Source: an uncultured Acidobacteriota bacterium (GTDB lineage: Bacteria; Acidobacteriota; Thermoanaerobaculia; UBA5066; Gp7-AA6). From it: a stretch of DNA of 64,000 nucleotides. Under the pieces are notes generated by a model. That model ran no database searches. It saw nothing but the letters and a program-made list of their open reading frames with translations, and had not been told where the DNA came from. The DNA is taken from positions 68,866 through 132,865 of the forward strand of contig CAVZNW010000001.1 in the NCBI GenBank assembly GCA_963776755.1, in the 5' to 3' direction. Below are positions 55,804 to 64,000 of this stretch, one piece after another. A program made the position numbers and the translations under genes. Each line of letters begins with the position of its first letter. Position 1 is the stretch's first letter.

Positions 55804-58209
55804 CTAGAAGAGCGAGAACGTCTTGGTGACGAAGACGGCCATCTGTCCCCGCGTGACCGGATTGGCGGGGCAGTACACGTCCACGCCGCAGCCGCCCGTG
55901 ATGTTGGCATTGGCCAGCGCCTCGATCCAGTCGGCGAAGGGCGAGGGGCACGGCACGTCGGTGAAGATCCCGGTGCACGGCAGCGGGACGTGGTCCGCCC
56001 CGGCGCGAGCCTTGATCAGGAAGACCGCCATCTGCTCCCGGCGCACGGGGCTCTGCGGGCAGAAGTTGCCGCCGCCGCAGCCCCCGGTGATGCCGTCGGC
56101 CGCGAGCGCCTCGATCCAGCCGGAGAACGGCGACGCGCACGGGACGTCCGCGAAGACGCCGGTGCAGGCCGGCGGCACGTAGCAGATGCCGCGCTTGGCC
56201 TTCATCAGGAAGACAGCCATCTGCTGGCGCGTCGTGACGGCGGCGACACCGAAATTCCCCCCGCCCACTCCGGCGGAAACGCCGTTCGTGACGAGGCGCA
56301 CGACGTAGTCGTGGAACGCGTGGGCGGCCGGAACGTCCAGGAAGTCGGAGAGCCAGGAGGACTCCAGGCTGGAGCCCCCGTTCGGAGGATTGCTGGCGAC
56401 GACGTCGTAGACGAGGCCGGCGGGCAGAGCCGGCATGGTCCCGGTCAGGAGCGAGTAGTCGACGACGTTGATGTTCGTGACGGGAAGTCCGGCCACGGTG
56501 ATGACCGTGGACGGTCCGAAATCCATGCCTTCGATCGTCACGGGAGTTCCTCCCTCGGGAGGCCCGGACTGCGGGTCGATCGAGAGGATCATCCGCTGCG
56601 AGAACTCCGACGTCCGTCCCTGAGGGTCCGTCGCCGTGGCCGTCATGGCCTCGCCGGCCTGGAGCTGGTATGGGACGTCGGTCAGGAAGCTGACCTTGCC
56701 GGCGCCATCGGTCGTCAACTGAATCGAGCCGACGTAGTGTTCGCCCTGCTGGTATCCCCAGGGCCGGAAGTGGCACGAGGGCCCGGCGAAGAAATCCACG
56801 TCGAACGTGGTGGACGGCGTGCTGTCCAGGAACCCGAAGACCGACGTCGCTCCGGTCGTGACGACCACGTTGGTGATGACGGGGAAGTTCTGCGATGCGT
56901 TGGGGCCGCCGTCGAGGTCGCCCGGGTCGTTCGGCGTGACGGCGCCGCCCGAGCGGCCGTTCAAGAGGTCGATGCCGAGGTAGAGGTTGTCGAAGATGCG
57001 GTTGCCGCGGATCGTGACGACGGGGCCGCGGACGTGGATGCCGCCGATCGTGGAGAAGAAGATTCTCCCGTTGTGCGCGATGACGTTGCCTTCGCCGGCC
57101 CCCGTGCCGCCGACCAGGATGCTTCCGTTCTCCTCCAGGGCGTAGATGCCGCCGCCGGGGTTGCCGAGGGCGAGCGTGGCCGTCTCGTCCGTTCCGATGA
57201 AGTTGCCCTGGATCACGGAGCTCGACAGCTCGAGCGAGATCCCGGCGTTGCCCTGGCCGGCGATGACGTTGCCGCGGATCGAGGGCGACGCGTTCACGAC
57301 CTCGATGCCGACCGAATCGCCGATGGCCTGCGTTCCGGTGACGTCCGTCCCGATGAAGTTGCCGATGACGGAGCCGGAGGCGTCGGCGTTCGAGACGATC
57401 ACGGCGGTGTCGCCGACCCCCGAGATGACGTTGCGCGAGGAGACGTCGGGGCCTCCGACCATGGCGAACGCGGCGACGTCGAGCAGCAGACCCTGGCCGT
57501 AGATGCCGTCGGCGCCGGCAATGCGCGCGTTGCCGGCGGCATTGGTTCCGATGAGATTCCCGCGGATCCCGAGGAAGGCCGCGGTGTCGGTGACCACGCC
57601 CGCGGTGGTGTGGCCGCTGATGAGGTTGCGTTCGAAGGGAAGCGATCCTCCGATCCCGACGAAGAGCGCGTTGACGATCCGGACGCCGAAGCCCTGCGGG
57701 CCCGGGACGCTCGTGCCGGTCGGGTCGGTGCCCAGGTAGTTCCCAACGATGAGCGCCCCGTCGCCCCCGGTTCCGACGTGGATCGCGCCGACCGGGCAGC
57801 GGTTGATGACGAGGCCCTGGATCGCCATGACGAGGAGCTTGTCGTTGCCGGCGTAGACCTGGAAGCAGGGCTCGGAGACCGCGCCGGTGCCGTCGATTTC
57901 GATCTGCATCGTCGCGTTGAGCCCCTGGCCGGTCGGGTTCGTGTTGAGGGTCGAGCCCGGCTGGGTGAAGCCGTCGATGATGACCGGCTGGGTGATCGGA
58001 GGCAGCCCGGAGGCGAGCGCGATGGTGTGGACGCCCGCGCCCGGGATCGCGAACGCGATGTCGTCGTTGCCGAACGAGCCGTTGGCGTCGAGAATCGCCT
58101 GGCGAAGCGACCCGGGGCCGGAGTCGCTGGTGCTGATGACGGTGAAGGTCGCCGCGAAGGCGGGCGCGGCGCTCAAGACGGCGACGACGAGGATCGAGAG
58201 ACGCTTCAT
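55804..58209 (-). CDS. P20: array paralog, intact (801 aa)
   Basis: GGAGGA SD. MKRLSILVVAVLSAAPAFA|[24 protein letters not shown]..; coils; TPNDPGDLDGGPNASQNFPVI; Ig-like; IPT; SLH-like x3; ends VTKTFSLF-stop. It is the last in-frame segment of track ORF 55804..60513. Confidence 0.92.
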   Translation of the reverse strand: MKRLSILVVAVLSAAPAFAATFTVISTSDSGPGSLRQAILDANGSFGNDDIAFAIPGAGVHTIALASGLPPITQPVIIDGFTQPGSTLNTNPTGQGLNATMQIEIDGTGAVSEPCFQVYAGNDKLLVMAIQGLVINRCPVGAIHVGTGGDGALIVGNYLGTDPTGTSVPGPQGFGVRIVNALFVGIGGSLPFERNLISGHTTAGVVTDTAAFLGIRGNLIGTNAAGNARIAGADGIYGQGLLLDVAAFAMVGGPDVSSRNVISGVGDTAVIVSNADASGSVIGNFIGTDVTGTQAIGDSVGIEVVNASPSIRGNVIAGQGNAGISLELSSSVIQGNFIGTDETATLALGNPGGGIYALEENGSILVGGTGAGEGNVIAHNGRIFFSTIGGIHVRGPVVTIRGNRIFDNLYLGIDLLNGRSGGAVTPNDPGDLDGGPNASQNFPVITNVVVTTGATSVFGFLDSTPSTTFDVDFFAGPSCHFRPWGYQQGEHYVGSIQLTTDGAGKVSFLTDVPYQLQAGEAMTATATDPQGRTSEFSQRMILSIDPQSGPPEGGTPVTIEGMDFGPSTVITVAGLPVTNINVVDYSLLTGTMPALPAGLVYDVVASNPPNGGSSLESSWLSDFLDVPAAHAFHDYVVRLVTNGVSAGVGGGNFGVAAVTTRQQMAVFLMKAKRGICYVPPACTGVFADVPCASPFSGWIEALAADGITGGCGGGNFCPQSPVRREQMAVFLIKARAGADHVPLPCTGIFTDVPCPSPFADWIEALANANITGGCGVDVYCPANPVTRGQMAVFVTKTFSLF

Positions 58210-58250
58210 CCTGGATTCCTCCGGTCGATGGGGAGTTGGAGGCCGAGAGA

Positions 58251-60513
58251 TTACTGCAACCCGAACGTCTTGACGATGAAGACCGCCATCTGACCGCGGC
58301 TGGCGCTCGTCAGGGGGCAGTAGTTGCCTCCGCCGCAGCCGGCCGTGACGTTGCGGGCGACGAGCTCGTAGACCCAGGCCGCGAAGGGATTGGAGCACGG
58401 CACGTCGGCGAAGCTCGCCGCCGTGCAGGCCGGCGGGGCATAGCCCGGGGCCTCGAAGGTCTTCAAGAGGAAGGCCGCCATCTGCTGGCGATTGACCGGA
58501 TTCAACGGGCAGAAGAGACCGCCGCCGCAGCCGCCGGTGATGCCCTGGGCGACGAGCTCGTTGATCCAGGGCGCAAAGCCCAGGGAGCAGGGGACGTCGG
58601 TGAAGACCTGGGTGGTGCAGGGGGGCGGGGTGTAGCAGACGCCGTTCTTCGCCTTGAGCAGAAAGACGGCCATCTGCTGCCGCAATGTGTTCTGGCCGAC
58701 GCCGTAGTTGCCGCCTCCCACCCCGGCCGTGATCGCGTTGCGCACGAGCGTCGTCACGAAGGAGTAGAACTGCTGGTTGCCCGGGACGTCCAGGAAGTCC
58801 GCGATCCAGCCGTTGGGCAGCGTGCCGACGGTGCCGTCCGTGTTGGTGACGACGATGTCGTTGAGGCTTCCGGGAAGGAGGGACGGAGTCGTCAGGGTGA
58901 TCGTGCCGTCGTCGACGACGTTGACGTTGGTCGCGGCCGTGCCGCCGACCTTGGCCGTCGCGCCGGCGAGAAAGTGAAATCCGGCGAGCGTCGTCGAAAC
59001 GCCGGAGGGGTTGCCCGAGGAGGGCGTCGCCGTCAGAACGAACCGCTGTGAGAACTCCGACGTGTTGCCGTCGGGATCCGTCGCGGTGGCCGAGACCTTC
59101 TCTCCCGCCGCGAGGACGACCCCCGTGAGCACCGCGTGGATCGTGGCATTGCCGCTGCCGTTCGTCGTCACATCCGTGGTGCCGATGTAGGTCCGTCCCT
59201 GAAGGAAGTCCTGCGGGCGTCCGACGCAGGAGTCGTTGACATAGAAGTCGATGGCGAACTGGGTGTTCGCCGTGCTGTTCAGGACTCCGTCGATCGTCGT
59301 GTCGCCTCCTGCGGAGACCGCGGACGACAGAAGCGGAAAGTTCTGGAGGAGGTTCGGTCCGATGTCCGCATCTCCGAGGTCGTTCGGCGTGAGCCCGCCC
59401 TGGCCGAACCCGCCCGGGTTCCCGAGATCGATGCCGAGGGTCGAGCGGAAATTGGTGCCGTTCGCGGTGCCGTTGCCGTAGATGGAGTTGCCGCGGATCC
59501 GATTGTGGAAGGTGTTGATCGTGCTGTACGACACGAGCACGCCGGCCCCCTGGTTGAACGCGACCACGTTCCCCTCGCCCGGCCCGGTGCCGCCCACCTG
59601 GATGTCCTTCCCCTGGACGAAGATCCCGATGTCCCTCGTGCCGAGATTGATGGCCCCGGTCACGTCCGTACCGACCCAGTTGTGCAGGATCGTCTTGCCG
59701 GTCGCGGCGTCGTTGGACGTCTCCGACCTGGAGTCCCGCGTTTACGCCGCCCACCACATTGTCTCGAATCACCGCGTCGGGTGTTTCCGAGAACATGCCG
59801 ATGCCCGAGAGGGCCGTCCCCCCGAACACGGCGGTGCTCGACTTGTTGACTCCGACCAGGTTGCCCTGGACGAGCGTGTTGGCGCCGTGACCGATCGTGA
59901 TGCCGGACTGGGCGTTTCCCGAGATCAGGTTGCGATCGGCGGGCGCCGGTCCCCCGACGGTGAAGTTGTCGCCGAACTGGGAGTCGACCCCGCGGATGTT
60001 GGGTGAGCCGGGCACCGAGGTGCCCGCGGCGTCGGTGCCGATGAAGCAACCCTTCACCGAGCCGCCGTTGCCGGCGAAGTAGAAGCTGATCGCGTAGTCC
60101 CAGCCGCCGTTCAGCACGATCCCGCGGATCGTCGAGCCGTCGGCGCCGGTCGAGAGTTGGAGTCCGGTCGAATGTGTGGTCGCTCCCGACAGCACGATCT
60201 TGAGCACGGTGTTGAGCGCGCCCTGGGCGTTGGTGTTGACCAGCGAGCCGGGCTGCGTGTAGCCGTCGATGAGGACCGGGCTGGAGATCGTCGGCAACTG
60301 AGAGGTCGGCGTAATCGTGCAGACGCCGCCACCGTCGCAGCCCGCGTCCGATATGTTGAACGCGATCGTGTCGAGGCCCGCGGCGGCGTTGGCGTCGAGG
60401 ATCGCCTGGCGGAGCGTCCCCGGGCCGGAGTCGTTCGTGTTGGTGACCGTGAACGTCGCGGCGGCCGCCGTCGACGCGGATGCCGCGAGAGCGAGAGCCA
60501 AGAGACTGCGCAT
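58251..60513 (-). CDS. P21: array paralog, mosaic (P22-like body, P19/P23-like tail), one frame break (~59715)
   Basis: AGGAGG SD, ATG 60513: MRSLLALALAASASTAAA|[42 protein letters not shown].. up to ..AGLQVGDV. Then ORF 58251..59663 (..NDAATGKTILHNWVGTDVTGAINLG...), ending IVKTFGLQ-stop. Confidence 0.88.
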
Positions 60514-60534
60514 GGTCGCCTCCTGTTTGCGCTT

Positions 60535-62859
60535 CTATTGCGATCCGAACTTCTTGACGGTGAGGCGACCACCCGAGGCAGACCCACGGTTCGACTTCAC
60601 TGAAGATGAGAACGTCTTGACGATGAAGACGGCCATCTGGCCGCGCGTGTTGTTGCTCGAGGGGCAGTAGTTGTTGCCGCCGCAGCCCCCGGTGATCTGC
60701 TCGGCCGCGAGTTGCTCGATCCAGTCGGCGAAGCCCGACGGGCACGGGACGTCGTCGAAGGTTCCGGTGCAGCCCGGGGGCGCGTAGGCCGAGCCGTGCT
60801 TGGCCTTGAGGAGGAAGACCGCCATCTGGTCGCGGCGCACCGGGTTCTGCGGACAGTAGATGCCGGTGCCGCAACCGCCGGTGATGCCTTCGGCGGCGAG
60901 GGCCTCGATCCAGTTCGCGAACGTCGAGGGACAGGGGACGTCGCCGAAGACGCCCGTGCACTGGGGCGGGACGTAGCAGACGCCGAACTTTCCCTTCAGG
61001 AGAAAGACGGCCATCTGCTGGCGCAGCGTCGGAGCGTTGACGCCGTAGTTGCCTCCGCCGACGCCGGCGGTGATCTGGTTGCGCACGAGCGCCGTCACGA
61101 AGAAGTAGAACTGTTGCGCGCCCGGCACGTCGAGGAAGTCGGCGACCCAACCGTTGGTCAGGGTCGACGCGCTGCCGTCGGTGTTGGTCACGGTGATGGA
61201 GTTGACGGTGCCCGGGGGCAGGGCCGGCGTGGTCACGTCCATCGAGGTGTAGCCGTTCACGTCGACGTTGGAAGCCGGCAGGCCGCCGACCGTCGCCGAG
61301 GCCCCCGCGAAGAAGTGGAAGCCCGTGAGGGTGGTGACGATGCCGCCCGCCGGGCTGCCCGAGGCGGGATTCGACGAGAGGACGAAGCGCTGGGAGAACT
61401 CGGACGTGTTGTTCGACGGATCGGTCGCCGTGGCGGTGACCCTGTCGCCGGGGCCGAGCGCGATCGGCAGCACCGTGTTGATGACGGCGTGGCCGTTGCC
61501 GTCGGTGGTCACGGTGTCCGTCCCGATGTAGCTCTGCCCCTCTCGGAATCCCTGCGGACGGCGCAGGCACGCGGCGTCGGCGTAGAAGTCGATCGCAAAC
61601 TGGGTGCTGGGGACGCTGTCGAGCGTTCCCTGGATCGTCGTGCTGGGGGTACCGGTGGGCAAGGCGGTCACGGCCGACGCGATGAGCGGGTAGTTCTGGT
61701 GGTCGTTGGGCCCGGCGTCGCCGTCTCCCTGGTCGTTCGCCGTCGGACCGCCCTGGCCGGAGGTGCCCGGATCCCCGAGGTCGATTCCGAGCGTCGAGAA
61801 GTTCCCGGCGCCGTCCCCGATGCCGTTCGAGTAGATCGCGTTGCCGCGGATCGGGTTCTGGCGCGGCTGCGGCGTGTCGTACGCGACGAGCACTCCCGCG
61901 CCCAGATTGAACGCGATGACGTTGCCTTCGCCGGCGCCGAGGCCGCCGATGGTGACCTGGTTCGTATCGACCAAGATCCCGTCGCGCAGGTTGCCGAGCT
62001 CGGCAGTGCCGGTCACGTCGGTCCCGACCCAGTTGCCCTGGATCGTCATGCCGAAGACCGTGTCGGAGCCCATCTGACCGACATGGATTCCGTAGCTGCC
62101 TGCGGCCGCCACGACGTTCTCGCGCACGGCGGTTCCGGGCGAATCGACGCCGATTCGCAGGCCGACGGATCCCGACCCGATCGACGCCGCCCCGGAGGCG
62201 TCGGTCCCGATGAGATTGCCCTGCACGAGGCCGTCCGTGCAGCGCTCGAGCTTGGCGCCGTTCGAGATGTTTCCCGAGATCAGGTTCCGGTCGGCGGGCG
62301 CCGGGCCGCCCACCACGATGCCGGTCCCGAGATAGGCGAACAAGCCGATGTCGTTCGGGACGGCCGCCGATCCGGAGGCGTCGACGCCGATGAAACAGCC
62401 GCGGAAGGAGACGTTGTCCGAGGAGTTGGAGCCGACTCCGAAGCCGAAACCGTTGACGACGAGGCCCCGAATGGTGACGTCGTCGGAGGTGGCGTAAAGG
62501 CCCCAGGAGAAGGGGAGGTTGACGCCCGAGAGGACGATCTTGAGAACCGCGTCGGTCGCGCCCTGCGCGATCGTGTTGGGCGACGCGCCGGGCTGCGTGT
62601 AGCCGTCGATCGTCACGGGGTCGGTCACGTTCGGCAGCGGGAGCACGGGAGCAATCGTGCAGACGCCCGAGCCGTCGCACCCCGCGCCGGTCACGTTGAA
62701 CTCGATCGTGTCGGCGCCCGCGTTCCCGTTGGCGTCGGTCAGCGCCTGCCGGAGCGAGCCGGCGCCCGAGTCGTCGGTGTTGGTGACGGTGTAAGTGGCG
62801 GCCGGTAGCGTTCCGGCGAGCAGCGCGAGGACGGCGGCAACCCCGAAGCGTCGCATCAT
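60535..62859 (-). CDS. P22: array paralog, intact ORF (774 aa) with a 21-codon read-through extension after loss of the family stop
   Basis: MMRRFGVAAVLALLAGTLPA|[42 protein letters not shown]... It ends ..[34 protein letters not shown]-stop. One extra base at ~60607 moves the usual ..TFSLQ-TGA (latent TGA 60597-60599) out of frame. Confidence 0.9.
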   Translation of the reverse strand: MMRRFGVAAVLALLAGTLPAATYTVTNTDDSGAGSLRQALTDANGNAGADTIEFNVTGAGCDGSGVCTIAPVLPLPNVTDPVTIDGYTQPGASPNTIAQGATDAVLKIVLSGVNLPFSWGLYATSDDVTIRGLVVNGFGFGVGSNSSDNVSFRGCFIGVDASGSAAVPNDIGLFAYLGTGIVVGGPAPADRNLISGNISNGAKLERCTDGLVQGNLIGTDASGAASIGSGSVGLRIGVDSPGTAVRENVVAAAGSYGIHVGQMGSDTVFGMTIQGNWVGTDVTGTAELGNLRDGILVDTNQVTIGGLGAGEGNVIAFNLGAGVLVAYDTPQPRQNPIRGNAIYSNGIGDGAGNFSTLGIDLGDPGTSGQGGPTANDQGDGDAGPNDHQNYPLIASAVTALPTGTPSTTIQGTLDSVPSTQFAIDFYADAACLRRPQGFREGQSYIGTDTVTTDGNGHAVINTVLPIALGPGDRVTATATDPSNNTSEFSQRFVLSSNPASGSPAGGIVTTLTGFHFFAGASATVGGLPASNVDVNGYTSMDVTTPALPPGTVNSITVTNTDGSASTLTNGWVADFLDVPGAQQFYFFVTALVRNQITAGVGGGNYGVNAPTLRQQMAVFLLKGKFGVCYVPPQCTGVFGDVPCPSTFANWIEALAAEGITGGCGTGIYCPQNPVRRDQMAVFLLKAKHGSAYAPPGCTGTFDDVPCPSGFADWIEQLAAEQITGGCGGNNYCPSSNNTRGQMAVFIVKTFSSSVKSNRGSASGGRLTVKKFGSQ

Positions 62860-63021
62860 GAGGGCCCCCTGTGTTGGCCGAAAGATTTCACGGTCGGGGG
62901 GCCCAACGGAAGGGCCGATCCGGCGGTCCCGGCCCGCCGCCGGCCCGTTCGGACGCGGGTCAGAGGCCCCGGTGACTTTCCGATGCCCCGCGGCGAGGGA
63001 TCCGATCCTCGCGGAGCGGCC

Positions 63022-64000
63022 TCACTGAAGACCGAACGTCTTCACTATGAAGACGGCCATCTGGCCGCGGTTGGCGTTGGTCAGGGGGCAGTAGTTGCCG
63101 CCGCCGCAGCCGGCCGTGATGTTGCGGGCGACGAGCTCGTAGACCCAGGACGCGAAGTTCGACGTGCACGGCACGTCCGCGAAGGTCGCCGCCGTGCAGG
63201 CGGGCGGGGCGTAGCCCGGGGCCTCGTAGGTCTTGAGGAGGAAGACGGCCATCTGCTGGCGGTTGACGGGATTGGACGGGCAGAAGAGGCCGCCGCCGCA
63301 ACCGCTGGTGATGCCCTGGGCGACGAGCTCGTTGATCCAGGGCGCGAAGCCCAGGGAGCATGGGACGTCGGTGAAGACCTGCGTCGTGCAGGGGGGCGGC
63401 GCGTAGCAGATACCGTTCCTGGCCTTGAGCAGGAACACCGCCATCTGCTGGCGCAGGGTGGGCTGGTCTACGCCGTAGTTGCCCGCCGCCGACGCCCGCC
63501 GTGATCGCGTTGGTCACGAGGGTCGTGACGAACGAATAGAACTGCTGGGCCGGAGGAACGTCGAGGAAGTTGGACACGAAGCCTTTCTCGAGTGTTCCCG
63601 TCGTTCCCTCCGTGTTCGTCACGACGACGTCGTTGAGGGTGCCGGCGGCGAGCGCCGGCGACGTCGCCGTGATCTGGTTGAAGTTGCCTACGACGACGTT
63701 GGTCGCGGGCTGCCCGCCGATCGTCACCGTGGCACCGGCTTCGAAGTCGGTGCCCGCGATCGTGACCGCGGTGCCGCCGGCCGACGGGCTAGATGACGGC
63801 GCGATCGTGAAGGGCAGCCGCTGCGAAAACTCGGACGTGCTGCCGGACGGGTCCGTCGCCGTCATGCTGATGCGCTCGCCCGCGGCGATCGAAACCGGAA
63901 GCGTCACGTCGAAGGCCCCCTCGCCCGCGCCGTCGGTCGTCGCCTGGCCCGAGCCGAGATACGTCCGACCCTCGAGGAAGTCCTTCGGGAATCGGACGCA
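63022..64000 (-). CDS. P23: array paralog, 5'-truncated by the window end, one frame break (~63482)
   Basis: ORF 62960..63907 (..ITLPVSIAAGERISMTATDPSGSTSEFSQRLPF.., IPT, ..FLDVPPAQQFYSFVTTLVTNAITAGVGGG) plus ORF 63022..63444 ([57 protein letters not shown]-stop). CCC at 63482-63484 corresponds to CC in the P21 copy. Confidence 0.85.

Overview
Very GC-rich (about 70% by eye) bacterial window. About 52 of the 64 kb is one co-directional, minus-strand array of 23 paralogous genes, named P1-P23 here; P1 and P23 run off the window. Each unit encodes the same modular secreted protein: Sec signal peptide, an invariant mature N-terminus ([21 protein letters not shown], resembling the CSLREA-type N-cap), a variable right-handed parallel beta-helix core, an acidic ND.GD.D.G.N.LQNFP loop, an Ig-like module, an IPT/TIG-like module, and three Cys-containing SLH-like repeats. 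The array is interrupted twice by a plus-strand ECF sigma factor plus TPR Ser/Thr kinase pair. Each pair sits divergently at the head of an array block. A minus-strand operon (di-haem cytochrome c peroxidase, Tat metallophosphoesterase, c-type cytochrome), a GNAT acetyltransferase and one small membrane ORF are also embedded. The paralogs show signs of recent duplication and module exchange: three identical gene junctions, about 90% identical 3' blocks, a mosaic gene, and relic 3' tails in the intergenic spacers. By hand reconstruction the assembly carries roughly 60 single-base frame breaks, clustered in blocks. Ten paralogs, both sigma genes and kinase 1 are intact. I could not decide between consensus indel error and real decay. 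I saw no rRNA, tRNA, CRISPR, transposase, integrase or reverse transcriptase. The long plus-strand ORFs in the track are antisense shadows. All domain calls come from motif recognition by eye, not from searches.
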